A stretch of 25,682 nt of DNA from positions 1 to 25,682 of the forward strand of contig CAXXGJ010000035.1 of assembly GCA_963677895.2 (NCBI GenBank), read 5' to 3'. This document shows positions 9,401-18,626 of this stretch, one piece after another. The position numbers were made by a program, and so were the translations under genes. The stretch comes from Treponemataceae bacterium. GTDB lineage: Bacteria; Spirochaetota; Spirochaetia; Treponematales; Rectinemataceae. The notes under the pieces are model-generated. The model saw only the letters and a list, made by a program, of their open reading frames with translations, ran no database searches and was not told the DNA's origin. Each line of letters starts with the position of its first letter. Position 1 is the first letter of the stretch.

Positions 9401-9748
9401 AAGGAGGCGGGCTCGGTGGACGAGGTGCCCGTCGACGAGAAGGAATACCTGGCCCTGCTCGAGCAGGCCTACAAGCAGGAGAAGTTTCCCAAGCCGCGCA
9501 ACTTCATCGGCCTGACCAAGAGCCTGCCGCGCGAGGAGATGGAGAAGCTGATGCTGGCCCATGCGGCCGTGGGCGAGGACGATCTGCGCGAGCTGGCCAA
9601 CGCCAGGGCCAGGGCCATTGCCGATTGGCTGCGCGCCAACAGCGCAATCCCGGCGGAGCGGATCTTCCTGCTGCCGCCCAAGCCCAAGGCCGAGGGCGGC
9701 GGCCCCAAGGACGCGCCGTTCACGCGCGCGGACTTCTCGCTAAAATAG
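6445..9748 (+). CDS. Large DUF748-domain envelope protein with N-terminal TM anchor and C-terminal OmpA-like domain; +1 frameshift in the Ala/Pro linker (~8460-8520)
   Basis: N-terminal hydrophobic helix LIGLLVLTVLFGAFGFFAGP. Repeated beta-rich segments (YNISDLLD, GRIDFDD, GTVSFTDRFIKP). Family-typical LAVALLKNRKGEIDINLPISGSLDSPDFSVGG and FAPG..L...RPALKLEISG...LANARA. About 1100 aa joined. Confidence 0.82.
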
Positions 9749-9832
9749 GAGCGCCGTTCACGCGCGCGGACTTCTCGCTGAAATAGGAGCGCCGTTCACG
9801 CGCGCGGACTTCTCGCTGAAAGAGGAGCGCCG
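9713..9832. repeat. Tandem repeat: three 38-bp units plus a 6-bp partial unit, covering the 3' end of the DUF748 gene
   Basis: Unit GCGCCGTTCACGCGCGCGGACTTCTCGCT(A/G)AAA(T/G)AGGA at 9713-9750, 9751-9788 and 9789-9826, then GCGCCG. No spacers between units. Confidence 0.97.
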
Positions 9833-9879
9833 AAGGTCGCCGGACATTCGACCGGTCCTGGCAGACCGTTCAACAGACC

Positions 9880-9912
9880 AAGGGGATGCGGAGCGATCCG
9901 TGTCCCCTTTTT
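9880..9912 (+). terminator. Intrinsic terminator downstream of the DUF748 gene
   Basis: Stem AAGGGGATGCGGA / TCCGTGTCCCCTT (13 bp including two G-U pairs), GCGA tetraloop, ending in TTTTT. Confidence 0.8.
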
Positions 9913-9918
9913 GCAGCC

Positions 9919-10371
9919 TCACTCCACCCCGATGTCCTCGTTCCAGACCTCGGGCCTGGCCTTGATGAAGGAGCCGAGCAGTTCCCTGCACGCCGCGCTC
10001 TTCAGGTCCACCACCGTGACCCCGTTGCGCTTGAGCCAGGCCGCGCCGCCCTGGAAGGTGGCGCTTTCGCCCAGCACCACGGTGCCGATGCCGAACTGGC
10101 GCACCAGTCCCGAGCAATACCAGCACGGGGCCAGGGTGGTCACCATGATGGTGTCGCGGTAGCTTCTGCGCCGCCCGGCGTTGCGGAAGGCCGCGGTCTC
10201 GGCGTGCATGGCCGGGTCGTTATCCTGCACGCGGCGGTTGCGGCCGCGGCCCAGCAGGTTTCCTGAACTGTCGAAGAGCGCGGCGCCGATGGGCACCCCG
10301 CCCTCGGCCAGGCCCGCCCTCGCCTCTTCCAGGGCCACCTCCAGCATCCGCTCGTAGTCCTTTCTGGTCAT
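9919..10371 (-). CDS. Zn-dependent cytosine/nucleoside deaminase, yeast Fcy1-like
   Basis: [29 protein letters not shown] zinc motifs and C-terminal [17 protein letters not shown] upstream. Confidence 0.88.
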   Translation of the reverse strand: MTRKDYERMLEVALEEARAGLAEGGVPIGAALFDSSGNLLGRGRNRRVQDNDPAMHAETAAFRNAGRRRSYRDTIMVTTLAPCWYCSGLVRQFGIGTVVLGESATFQGGAAWLKRNGVTVVDLKSAACRELLGSFIKARPEVWNEDIGVE

Positions 10372-10459
10372 GCGCGCCTCCCTGCGTCAAGAATTCCTCC
10401 CGCAGGCTACCACCCCCCAGCCAGACGGGCAACACACCTCGTATGGGGCATCATTGCTT

Positions 10460-10489
10460 TTGACAGACCGGCCCTGGCGCATATATGGT
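10460..10489 (+). promoter_or_regulatory. Putative sigma70 promoter for the aminotransferase-hom operon
   Basis: TTGACA (10460-10465), 18-nt spacer, TATGGT (10484-10489), upstream of AAGGAG RBS and ATG 10550. Confidence 0.5.
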
Positions 10490-10549
10490 TCCGGACTACC
10501 GAATAATCATCTCCGCACCCTGCACGGGGGGGGAGCCAAGGAGCGCGCC

Positions 10550-11722
10550 ATGGAGCAATTCCCAAGAGTCCACAGACTGCCGCCGTACGTCTTCGCCCAG
10601 GTCAATGAACTGAAAATGAAGATGCGCCACCAGGGCGCGGACATCATCGACCTGGGCATGGGCAACCCGGACCTGCCCACCCCGCCGCATATCGTGGAAA
10701 AGCTCATCGAGGCCGCCCAGAAGTCCAGCAACCACCGCTACAGCGCGTCCAAGGGCATCAAGGGCCTCAGGCTCGCCATAGCCAACTGGTATCTGCGCCG
10801 CTTCGGCGTGGAGCTGGACCATGACCAGGAGGTGGTGGTGACCATGGGCGCCAAGGAAGGCCTGGCGCACTTGGCGCTGGTCATGCTCTCCCCCGGCGAT
10901 GTGGTCTTTGCCCCGGACCCCTCCTATCCCATCCACCCCTATGCGGCCATCATCGCCGGGGCGGACGTGCGGCGCATCCCCATGGGCAAGGGCCGCGACT
11001 TCCTGGAGGACCTGCAGATCGCCGTGAAGCAGACCTGGCCCAAGCCCAAGCTGCTTGTGGTGAACTATCCCCACAACCCGACGACCATCTGCGCGGACGT
11101 GGACTATTTCCAGAAGATCGTTGACTTCGCCAAGGAAAACGGGATGTACGTCATCAACGACCTGGCGTACGCGGACTTCACCTACGACGGCTACGTGGCC
11201 CCGAGCTTCCTGCAGGCCAAGGGCGCCAAGGACGTGGCCGTGGAGTTCTTCTCGCTGACCAAGAGCTACTCCATGGCCGGCTGGCGCGTTGGCTTCTGCG
11301 TGGGCAACCGGGACATGGTCCAGGCCCTCACGCGCATCAAGAGCTACCTGGACTACGGCATCTTCCAGCCCATCCAGATCGCGGCCTGCACGGCGCTCAA
11401 CGGACCGCAGGAATGCGTGCGCGAGATCATGGACATCCACCAGGACCGCCGCGACGCCCTCATAGACGGCCTTTCCCGCGCCGGGTGGGTGGTGGAGCCG
11501 CCCAAGGCCACCATGTTCGTCTGGGCGGAGATTCCCGATGAGTTCAAGCACCTGGGCAGCGTGGAATTCTCCAAGCTGCTGCTGCGCGAGGCCGAGGTGG
11601 CAGTGAGCCCGGGTCTGGGCTTCGGCAACTACGGCGACGACCATGTGCGCTTCGCCCTTGTCGAGAACCGCCACCGCATCAATCAGGCCACGCGCAACCT
11701 GAAGAAGTTCTTCGGCAAATAG
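10550..11722 (+). CDS. alaC: PLP-dependent class I/II aminotransferase, AlaC (YfdZ)-like
   Basis: [42 protein letters not shown] and [15 protein letters not shown] (PLP lysine). Substrate specificity cannot be determined from motifs. Confidence 0.8.
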   Translation: MEQFPRVHRLPPYVFAQVNELKMKMRHQGADIIDLGMGNPDLPTPPHIVEKLIEAAQKSSNHRYSASKGIKGLRLAIANWYLRRFGVELDHDQEVVVTMGAKEGLAHLALVMLSPGDVVFAPDPSYPIHPYAAIIAGADVRRIPMGKGRDFLEDLQIAVKQTWPKPKLLVVNYPHNPTTICADVDYFQKIVDFAKENGMYVINDLAYADFTYDGYVAPSFLQAKGAKDVAVEFFSLTKSYSMAGWRVGFCVGNRDMVQALTRIKSYLDYGIFQPIQIAACTALNGPQECVREIMDIHQDRRDALIDGLSRAGWVVEPPKATMFVWAEIPDEFKHLGSVEFSKLLLREAEVAVSPGLGFGNYGDDHVRFALVENRHRINQATRNLKKFFGK

Positions 11723-11730
11723 GACACATA

Positions 11731-13029
11731 ATGAATACGCTGCGCCTCGGACTCGCCGGATTCGGCACGGTCGGCTCAGGGCTCGCCAAGATCTTGCTTG
11801 AGAACCGCGAGATCATCCTCGCACGCACGGGACGCGACATCGTCATCACGACCGTGCTTGTGCGCGATCTGGCCAAAAAGCGCGCCGTGGCCGCCGGTCC
11901 CGAGGTTCGTTTCACCACCCGCCCGGACGACCTGCTGGGCGAGGACATCGACGTGGTGGTGGAGCTCATGGGCGGGGTGGACACCGCCAAAAGCCTCATC
12001 ACCCAGGCCCTCACGGCGGGCAAGCACGTGGTCACGGCCAACAAGCACCTGCTGGCCCTGCATGGGCCGGAGCTGTCCGCCCTGGCGGCCTCCAAGGGTC
12101 TTGGCCTCTTCTATGAGGCCAGCGTGGCCGGGGGCATCCCCATCGTGCAGGCCCCTGCGCGAAAGCCTGGGAGCCAACCGCATTGAGCGGCTCACGGGCA
12201 TCCTGAACGGCACGGCCAATTACATCCTCTCCGAGATGACCACCAACCATCTCGACTTCGCCACGGCCCTGCGCCAGGCCCAGGATCTGGGCTACGCCGA
12301 GGGCCGACCCCACGCTGGACATCGAGGGCTTCGACACGGCGCACAAGCTGGTGGTGCTCATCCGTCTGGCCTATGGCCGCGACTTCCCGCTCTCCAAGGT
12401 TCCGGTGCGCGGCATCACCCAGGTGACGCCCCAGGACATCGAGTTCGCCCGGGAGTTCGGCTACCGCATCAAGCTCTTGGCCCAGGCGCGCGAGGTGGAT
12501 GGCAAAATCGAGGCCAGCGTGGAGCCCACGCTGGTGAACCACAAGTTCCTGCTGGCCCGGGTGGGCGGGAAACTACAACGCCGTGCGCGTGGAGGGCAAC
12601 GCCGTGGGGCCCATCATGCTGCACGGCCAGGGCGCGGGCGACACGCCCACGGGCAGCGCGGTCATGGCCGACATCATGGCCATCTGCCGGGGCCTCAATT
12701 CCCCCTGCGCGGGCTTCGACAACACAGGCTTCGGCAACAAGCCGCTGGCCCCGGCGGACATCCTGCCCGCATCCGAGGGCGTGGCCATGCACTACTTCCG
12801 CTTTTCCGTGGCCGACAGGCCCGGTGTCATGGCGGCCATCGCCAAGACCATGGCCGAGCACGACATCTCCATCGCCCAGGCGGTGCAGAAGGGCGACGCC
12901 TCGGACTCGGACGTGCCCATCGTGTTTTTGACCCACAACGCGCGCGCCAGCGCCGTGGCCGAGACCATCCGGACCATCGACGCCCTGAGCTTCGCCGTAC
13001 GGCCCACCGTGCACTTCCCCATCCTCTAA
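11731..13029 (+). CDS. hom: Homoserine dehydrogenase with C-terminal ACT domain; three +1 frameshifts (~12152, ~12301, ~12570)
   Basis: GLAGFGTVGSG, VVELMGG, KHVVTANK, YEASVAGGIPI; then GILNGTANYIL, AQDLGYAE; then ADPTLDIEGFDTAHKL; then GQGAGDTPTGSAV and DRPGVMAAIA (ACT). About 431 aa joined. Confidence 0.93.
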
Positions 13030-13041
13030 GGCGGGCCACGC

Positions 13042-14230
13042 ATGAAGCTCCTCTTCCTCATCGCCGACGGCATGGGCGGCTGGCCTGGCGAAGCGCCCGG
13101 CAACAAGACCTGCCTTGAAGCCGCCGCCACCCCGCACATGGACGAGTTGGCCGCGAACGGCGTGGTCGGAGTGTGCCGCACCGTGCCCGAGGGCATGCCT
13201 CCGGGCTCGGACGTGGCCAACATGTCGCTTTTGGGCTTCGACCCGGCGAAACACCACACCGGGCGCGGACCCATCGAGGCTGCGGCCCAGGGGCTCGCCC
13301 TCGACCCGGACGACCTGGTGTGGCGCATGAACCTGGTGAACCTGACCGAGCTGTCCGCCCAGGGCACCATGCTCGACTACTCCTCGGGCCACATCACCAC
13401 CGAGGTCTCGGCCCCGCTGGTCGAGGACCTGCAAAGGCACCTGGGCGACGAGACCTTCCAATTCCACCCCGGCGTGCAGTACCGGCACCTGCTGGTGCAC
13501 AAGGGCGGGGGCGTGCGAGGACGAGGCCAAGCTGCGCATCAGCCCGCCGCACGACATCACCGGCAAGTCCCTGCACGCGGACATGCGCGAGTTCTCGCGC
13601 TCGGCGCGCATGTGGGACCTGCTGTTCCTGGCCGAGGAGCGCCTGGCCGAGACGGCGAAGCACACCAAGGCCCGCTCCATCTGGCCCTGGGGCCAGGGCC
13701 GCCCGCTCCTCCTGCCGGATTTCAAGTCCCTGCACGGGCGCACGGGCGCCGTGGTCTCCGCCGTGGACCTGGTGCGGGGCCTGGGCCGGGCCGCCGGCAT
13801 GGAGGTCATCCAGGTGCCTGGGGCCACGGGCCTCATGGACACCAACTACCAGGGCAAGGTGGACGCGGCGCTCAAATTCCTGGAACGCGGCGACTTCGCC
13901 TTCGTGCACCTGGAGGGCCCGGATGAATGCGGCCACGCGGGCCACGCGGGCGAAAAAATCGAGGCCATCAGCCGCTTCGACGCGCGCGTCGTGGCCCCCC
14001 TGCGCCAGGCCCTGTCCGGGCAGGACGTGGCCTTCGTGGTCACCTGCGACCACTTCACCCCCATATCCGAGAAGACCCACACCCCGGACCCGGTGCCCTT
14101 CGTGCTCTGGCGCGCCGGGGGCGATCCCTCCGGCCTCACGGCCTTCAGCGAGGCCCAGGCGAAAAGTACCGGCCTGGTCATCGAGGCCGGCCACGAGCTG
14201 CTGTCCTGGGTGCAGCACCAGCTGGCCTAG
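13042..14230 (+). CDS. apgM: ApgM-type cofactor-independent phosphoglycerate mutase family protein (possible homoserine kinase); +1 frameshift near 13507-13511
   Basis: LIADGMG, LEAAATPHMD, PGSDVANMSLLG, TGRGPIEAAAQG, YRHLLV; then PPHDITG, SIWPWGQG, SAVDLVRG, GATGLMDTNY, FVHLEGPDECGH, TCDHFTP and THTPDPVPF. Confidence 0.88.
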
Positions 14231-14239
14231 GGAGCAGAG

Positions 14240-14684
14240 ATGGACTTTCCCAAGGTTTTCCCCACAAGCGACTGCTGGTATCCCCACCGCGTCTCCTATG
14301 GCGAAACCGACGCCATGGGCGTGCTCTACTACGCGGAATACCTGCATATCTTCGAGCGGGCCCGCAGCCTGTTCCTGCGCGAGCGCGGCATGGGCTACAA
14401 TCTGGTGGAAGAGCGCGGCATCATCCTGCCCGTGCGCGAGGCCTGGTGCCGCTACCGCGTCCCGGCGCGCTACGACGACCTGCTCTGGGTGCACTGCGGC
14501 GTGGCCGAATGGGGCCGGGCCAGCATGACCATCGTCTATGAATTCTGGACCGAGGACAGGACGAAGCTCACTGCCCAGGGCTACACGGTGCATCCCACTG
14601 TGAACGCCCCAGGGCAAGCCGGTGGGCGTGCCCGGCTGGTTCAGGGAGCTGTGCGAAAGCGCTCCCTCAGCCGCGACGAAATAG
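14240..14684 (+). CDS. Hot-dog fold acyl-CoA thioesterase (YbgC/4HBT family); probable +1 frameshift at C4 14607-14610
   Basis: RVSYGETDAMGVLYYAEYLHIFERAR and YRVPARYDD. Removing one C gives the family-typical end VNAQGKPVGVPGWF... with stop TAG at 14682-14684. Confidence 0.8.
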
Positions 14685-14772
14685 CAGTAAGTACTTCCCC
14701 GCCTTATTTTTCTTGCCCCTGTCCGTGTGCGGGTGTAGGCCAAAGCCGCCACCAAAACACGGAGTTCCCACT

Positions 14773-15574
14773 GTGTTCACAGGACACCCATACCCACGTC
14801 TTTCATCCGAAAATCGCCGAGAAGGCCATTGCGCAGCTGCGCACGCACTACGGCATCGAGCCCAGGGGCACGGGCGTGCTGGACGACCTGCTCACCAGGG
14901 CCGACCGGGCGGGCATCGGACGCATGGTGGTGCACACCGCGGCCACCGACCCCTCCCAGGTCATTCCGGCCAACAACTGGGCCATGGACATGGAGCGCCA
15001 GTCCCCGCGCGTCACGGCCTTCGGCACCCTGCACCCGGACTATGCCGAGCCGGAGAAAGAACTGGCGCGCCTGCGCCGGGCGGGAATCACGGGGCTCAAA
15101 TTCCACCCGGACTTCCAGGGCTTTTTCCTCGACGACCCGAAGTTCTACCGGCTCATGGAGATCATCGGCGACGAGTTCACCCTGATGATCCACGTGGGCG
15201 ACCGCCTACCGCCGGACCAGAACCCCTCATGCCCCATGAAGATGGCCAAGCTGCGGCGGGCCTTTCCCGGCCCACGGCTCATCGCCGCGCATCTGGGCGG
15301 CTACAGCCACTGGGGCTATGCAGTTGAGCACCTGGCCGGGCTGGACGTGTTCTTCGACACCTCGAGCTCCCTGTCCTTCATTAGCGACGACACCCTGCGC
15401 GCCCTTCTGGCCAGGCACCCGGCGGACCAGCTGCTCTTCGGCAGCGACTACCCGCTCTTCGATCCCGGCGAGGAGATGAAGCTGGTGGAGAAGCGCCTGG
15501 GACCGCTGGGCGTGCGCCTGGAAGATGTCCTCAGCGCTGGCACCCGGCTCTTCCCGGAGCGCGCAAAGAACTAG
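14773..15574 (+). CDS. Amidohydrolase family (TIM-barrel) metallohydrolase; probable GTG start and +1 error near 14782
   Basis: GGAG RBS at 14761, GTG TTC ACA (G) GAC gives MFTDTHTHVF (DxHxH). Further motifs FGTLHP, GLKFHPDFQ, IHVGD, AAHLGG, FDTSS and LLFGSDYP. Confidence 0.82.
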
Positions 15575-15591
15575 CCCCCTTTGACGCAAAC

Positions 15592-15628
15592 AAGCCCCCG
15601 ACCGGACGCATCCGGACGGGGGCTTTCT
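15592..15628. terminator. Hairpin terminator between convergent amidohydrolase and pgk genes (possibly bidirectional)
   Basis: AAGCCCCCG-A-CCGGA, loop CGCA, TCCGG-A-CGGGGGCTT, flanked by AAACAA on the left and TTTCT on the right. Confidence 0.7.
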
Positions 15629-15643
15629 CATTGCAGCTCAAGA

Positions 15644-16841
15644 CTATTTCGCAGCGTCTTCCAGGGCCTTGAAGCCAGGCAACTCCTTGCCTTCGAGGAA
15701 TTCCAGGAACGAGCCGCCGCCGGTGGAGATGAAGCCGAACTTCTCGCCCAGGTGCGCGGCGTGCACCACAGCGTCGGTGTCGCCGCCGCCCGCGATGGAC
15801 AGGGCGCCGCAGGCAACGATGGCCTTGGCCACGCCGATGGAGCCCGCGGCAAAGGCCGGATTCTCGAAGGCGCCCATGGGCCCGTTCCAGACCACGGTGC
15901 CCGCGCCCTTCAGCACGTGGGCAAAGGCCTCCACGCTCTTGGGTCCGATGTCCAGGGCCATGAGCCCCGCAGGTACCGGGCCGGTGTGCGAGGCCACGGC
16001 AGGAACAGCGTCATTCAGGCTCATTGCGAGGACGAAGTCCACGGGCAGGTGCAGGTGCGTATTGTTGTCGGGCGCGGCCTCCAGGATGGCCCTGGCCTCG
16101 TCCAGAAGCTCGCGCTCCACAAGGGAGGCCCCCATGTCGATGCCCTGGGCCAGCCGGAAGGTGTTGGCCATGGCCCCGCCGATGATGAGATGGTCCACCT
16201 TGCCCAGCAAATGCTTCAGAATGCCGAGCTTGCTCGAGACCTTGCTGCCGCCGGACACGGCCACGAAGGGCCGCTTGGGGCTTTTCAGCGCGCCGTTCAG
16301 GTACTGCCACTCCTTTTCCATCAAAAAGCCCGCGCAGGCCTTGGGAGCTGCAGCCGGGGGCCTCGGTGACCGAGGCGTTGGGCCGGTGCGCCACGCCAAA
16401 GGCGTCGCTCACGTAGATGTCCAGCCCGGCCATGAGCTCCTGGGCAAAGGCCAGGCGTTCGGCGGGTTCCTTCGAGGTCTCGGCCTTGTGGAAGCGCAGG
16501 TTCTCCAGCATGAGCACCGAGCCAGGGCCAAGGGCGGCGATTTTCGCTTTCACTTCCGGCCCCACGCAGTCGCCGGCCAGGGGCACGCTCTGGCCCAGGA
16601 GGCCGGCCAGATGCGCGGCCACCGGAGCCAGGGAGAACTCCGGTTTCGCCTCGCCCTTGGGCTGGCCCAGGTGGCAGCAGATGACCGCAGCGCCCCCTTT
16701 CGCCAGGATGTGGCGCAGGGTGGGCAGGCTCTCGCGGATGCGCGTATCGTCGGTGACGCGGGTGCCGTCCAGCGGCACGTTGTAGTCCACGCGGATGAGC
16801 ACCTTCTTGCCGGTAACGTCGATGTCCTTGAGATAGAGCAT
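15644..16841 (-). CDS. pgk: Phosphoglycerate kinase; +1 frameshift at G5 16356-16360
   Basis: KKVLIRVDYNVP, HLGQPKG, LENLRF, DAFGVAHR; then AGFLMEKE, GGSKVSSK, GGAMANTF, LDIGPKS, WNGPMGAFE, GGGDT and ISTGGGSFLEFLEGKELPG. Confidence 0.95.
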
Positions 16842-16850
16842 GTCTCGTCC

Positions 16851-17864
16851 CTACAGGCCCTTGTCGGCCATGAGCTTGATGAGGTCCGCCACGCGGCAGG
16901 AATAACCCCATTCGTTGTCGTACCAGGTGACGATCTTGGCCAGACCGGAACCCGAAACCACAGTATATTCCTCGTCAATGATGCTGGAGCGCGGGTCGCC
17001 CCGGAAGTCCGTGGAGACCAGCGGGCGGCTGGAGAAACCCAGGATGCCCTTGAGGGGCCCCTCGCTGGCTGCCTTGAGCTTGGCCCGCAGGGTGGCCGTG
17101 TCCGTGGGCGTGGCCAGGGTGCAGGCGAAGTCCACGATGGACACCGTGGGCGTGGGCACGCGCAGACTGTAGCCGTCCACCTTGCCCTTGAGGTCCGGGA
17201 TGACCAGCGCCACGGCCTTGGCCGCGCCGGTCGAGGTGGGCACGATGTTCAGGGCCGCGGCCCGGGCGCGGCGCAGGTCCTTGTGCGGCAGGTCCAGGAT
17301 GCGCTGGTCGTTGGTGTAGCTGTGGATTGTGCACATGAGCCCGTTGACCACGCCGAAGGCGTCGTGCACGACCTTCACCGCCGGGGCCAGGCAGTTGGTG
17401 GTGCAGCTGGCGTTGCTCACGATGTGGTGCTTCTGCGGGTCGTAGAGGTGCTCGTTGACCCCGATGACGATGGTGATGTCTTCCTCTTTGGCCGGGGCGG
17501 AGATGATGACCTTCTTGGCCCCGGCATCCAGGTGCGCCCTGGCCTTGGGACCGGTGGTGAACAGGCCCGTGGACTCAATGACCACGTCCACGCCGAGATC
17601 GTTCCAGGGCAGGTTGCCCGGATCGCGCTCGGCCAGGCAGGCGATGTCCCAATCGCCGTAGCTGATGCCGCCGGAGGCGGTCACGGCCACGGCATGGGGC
17701 GAACGCCCGTAGGTGGAGTCGAACTCCAGCAGATGCGCGCTGGTGTTCACATCATAGAGGTCGTTCAGGGCCACCACCGTGGCCACGTCCTTGTGGTTGT
17801 CGTACAGGGCCTTCAGGACCTGTCTGCCGATGCGGCCGAAGCCGTTGATTCCGATGCGCAGCAT
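16851..17864 (-). CDS. gap: Type I glyceraldehyde-3-phosphate dehydrogenase, NAD-type signature
   Basis: [73 protein letters not shown] and WYDNEWGYS. Intact, 337 aa. Confidence 0.96.
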   Translation of the reverse strand: MLRIGINGFGRIGRQVLKALYDNHKDVATVVALNDLYDVNTSAHLLEFDSTYGRSPHAVAVTASGGISYGDWDIACLAERDPGNLPWNDLGVDVVIESTGLFTTGPKARAHLDAGAKKVIISAPAKEEDITIVIGVNEHLYDPQKHHIVSNASCTTNCLAPAVKVVHDAFGVVNGLMCTIHSYTNDQRILDLPHKDLRRARAAALNIVPTSTGAAKAVALVIPDLKGKVDGYSLRVPTPTVSIVDFACTLATPTDTATLRAKLKAASEGPLKGILGFSSRPLVSTDFRGDPRSSIIDEEYTVVSGSGLAKIVTWYDNEWGYSCRVADLIKLMADKGL

Positions 17865-17874
17865 GCCCGCCCCC

Positions 17875-18448
17875 TTAGTCTTCGAAGATGCGGTGCTCAT
17901 AGGAGGCCAGCATCTCGTAGTCGTTTTTTCAAGGCCTGGTGCAGCCGCGCATTTTCGATGGCCAGTGCCGAGAGGTCGGCCACGGCGTGCAGGAATTCCA
18001 GCTCCAGGGCGTCGAACTCGCGCTCCGTTGGGGCATAGATGCGCATGGAGCCGATGGCGCGGCCCTCCACCATGAGCGGGGTCACCAGCACGGTGACGAT
18101 GCCTTCCTTCTTGGCGGCCTCGCCATACTGGAAGCGCGGGTCGTTCTGGGCGTTCTTGATGTGGATGGTCTTGCCTGCGAGCACCTCGCGGTCCACCTCG
18201 CTGTGCTCCAGGTCAACAGATCCCTTGCGGAAATACTCCTTGGACAGGCCAAAGGCAGCGCTGGGCAAGAGCCGTTTGCCCGAGCGGTCGAGCAGGCGCA
18301 GGGTGCAGCCCTTGGCGTCGAGCGCCAGGGCCGTCTGTTCCACCACGGCGCTGAGCACGTTTTCCGGCTCCAGGCTGGAGTTCACCACCTTTGCGACATC
18401 GGCCAGGGTGCGGAAATAGCGTTCACAACGCTCCGGCAATTTCGTCAT
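17875..18448 (-). CDS. Stand-alone GAF-domain protein; probable +1 error in T6 17924-17929 (stop at 17897 as sequenced)
   Basis: GGAGG RBS and ATG 18448. Motifs [52 protein letters not shown] and [10 protein letters not shown]. Removing one base gives [18 protein letters not shown] ending 10 nt before the gap start. Confidence 0.82.
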
Positions 18449-18575
18449 GGCAACCTCCATTGGTTAAGACGTATCTACCCGCCCCTGAAGAAAAAGTCAG
18501 CAGAAATGATGAAGCGTGACCTGGGCCATTCCCCTGCTCTCGCCAGAATGAGCGCCCTGTTCCGCAACGCGTCAC

Positions 18576-18605
18576 AAAAAAAAGGGGGGGCCTGAGCCCC
18601 CCCCT
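18576..18605 (-). terminator. Intrinsic terminator after the fba-gap operon
   Basis: Minus strand reads AGGGGGGGG-CTCAGG-CCCCCCC-TTTTTTTT, about 20 nt after the gap stop. Confidence 0.85.
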
Positions 18606-18626
18606 GAAATGCTGCAGCAAACCGGT

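Noticed and set aside
9713..9832. Mini CRISPR array (38-bp repeats)
   Set aside because: The repeats abut with no spacers, copy 1 is coding sequence, and there are no cas genes or AT-rich leader.
10526..10533. G8 tract in the aminotransferase leader as a phase-variation switch
   Set aside because: It is short, lies outside both the promoter spacer and the CDS, and homopolymer lengths are unreliable in this sequence.
11731..13029. hom (and pgk, fba, gap) as pseudogenes or programmed frameshift genes
   Set aside because: Catalytic motifs are intact, there are no nonsense codons in the reconstructed frames, and the same +1 pattern occurs across the window, which fits sequencing error.
14240..15574. 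444-aa thioesterase-amidohydrolase fusion in the ORF track
   Set aside because: The linker reads through intergenic-looking DNA. Removing one base near 14607 restores a normal thioesterase end (stop 14684), and a separate RBS plus GTG exists at 14761-14775.
15669..18038. 789-aa plus-strand ORF
   Set aside because: It is antisense to pgk, gap and the GAF gene and has no domain signal.
18513..18528. Sigma54-like GG-N10-GC (TGGCCCAGGTCACGCT, minus strand) upstream of the GAF gene
   Set aside because: The spacing fits but the match to TGGCAC-N5-TTGC is poor and expected by chance at this GC content.
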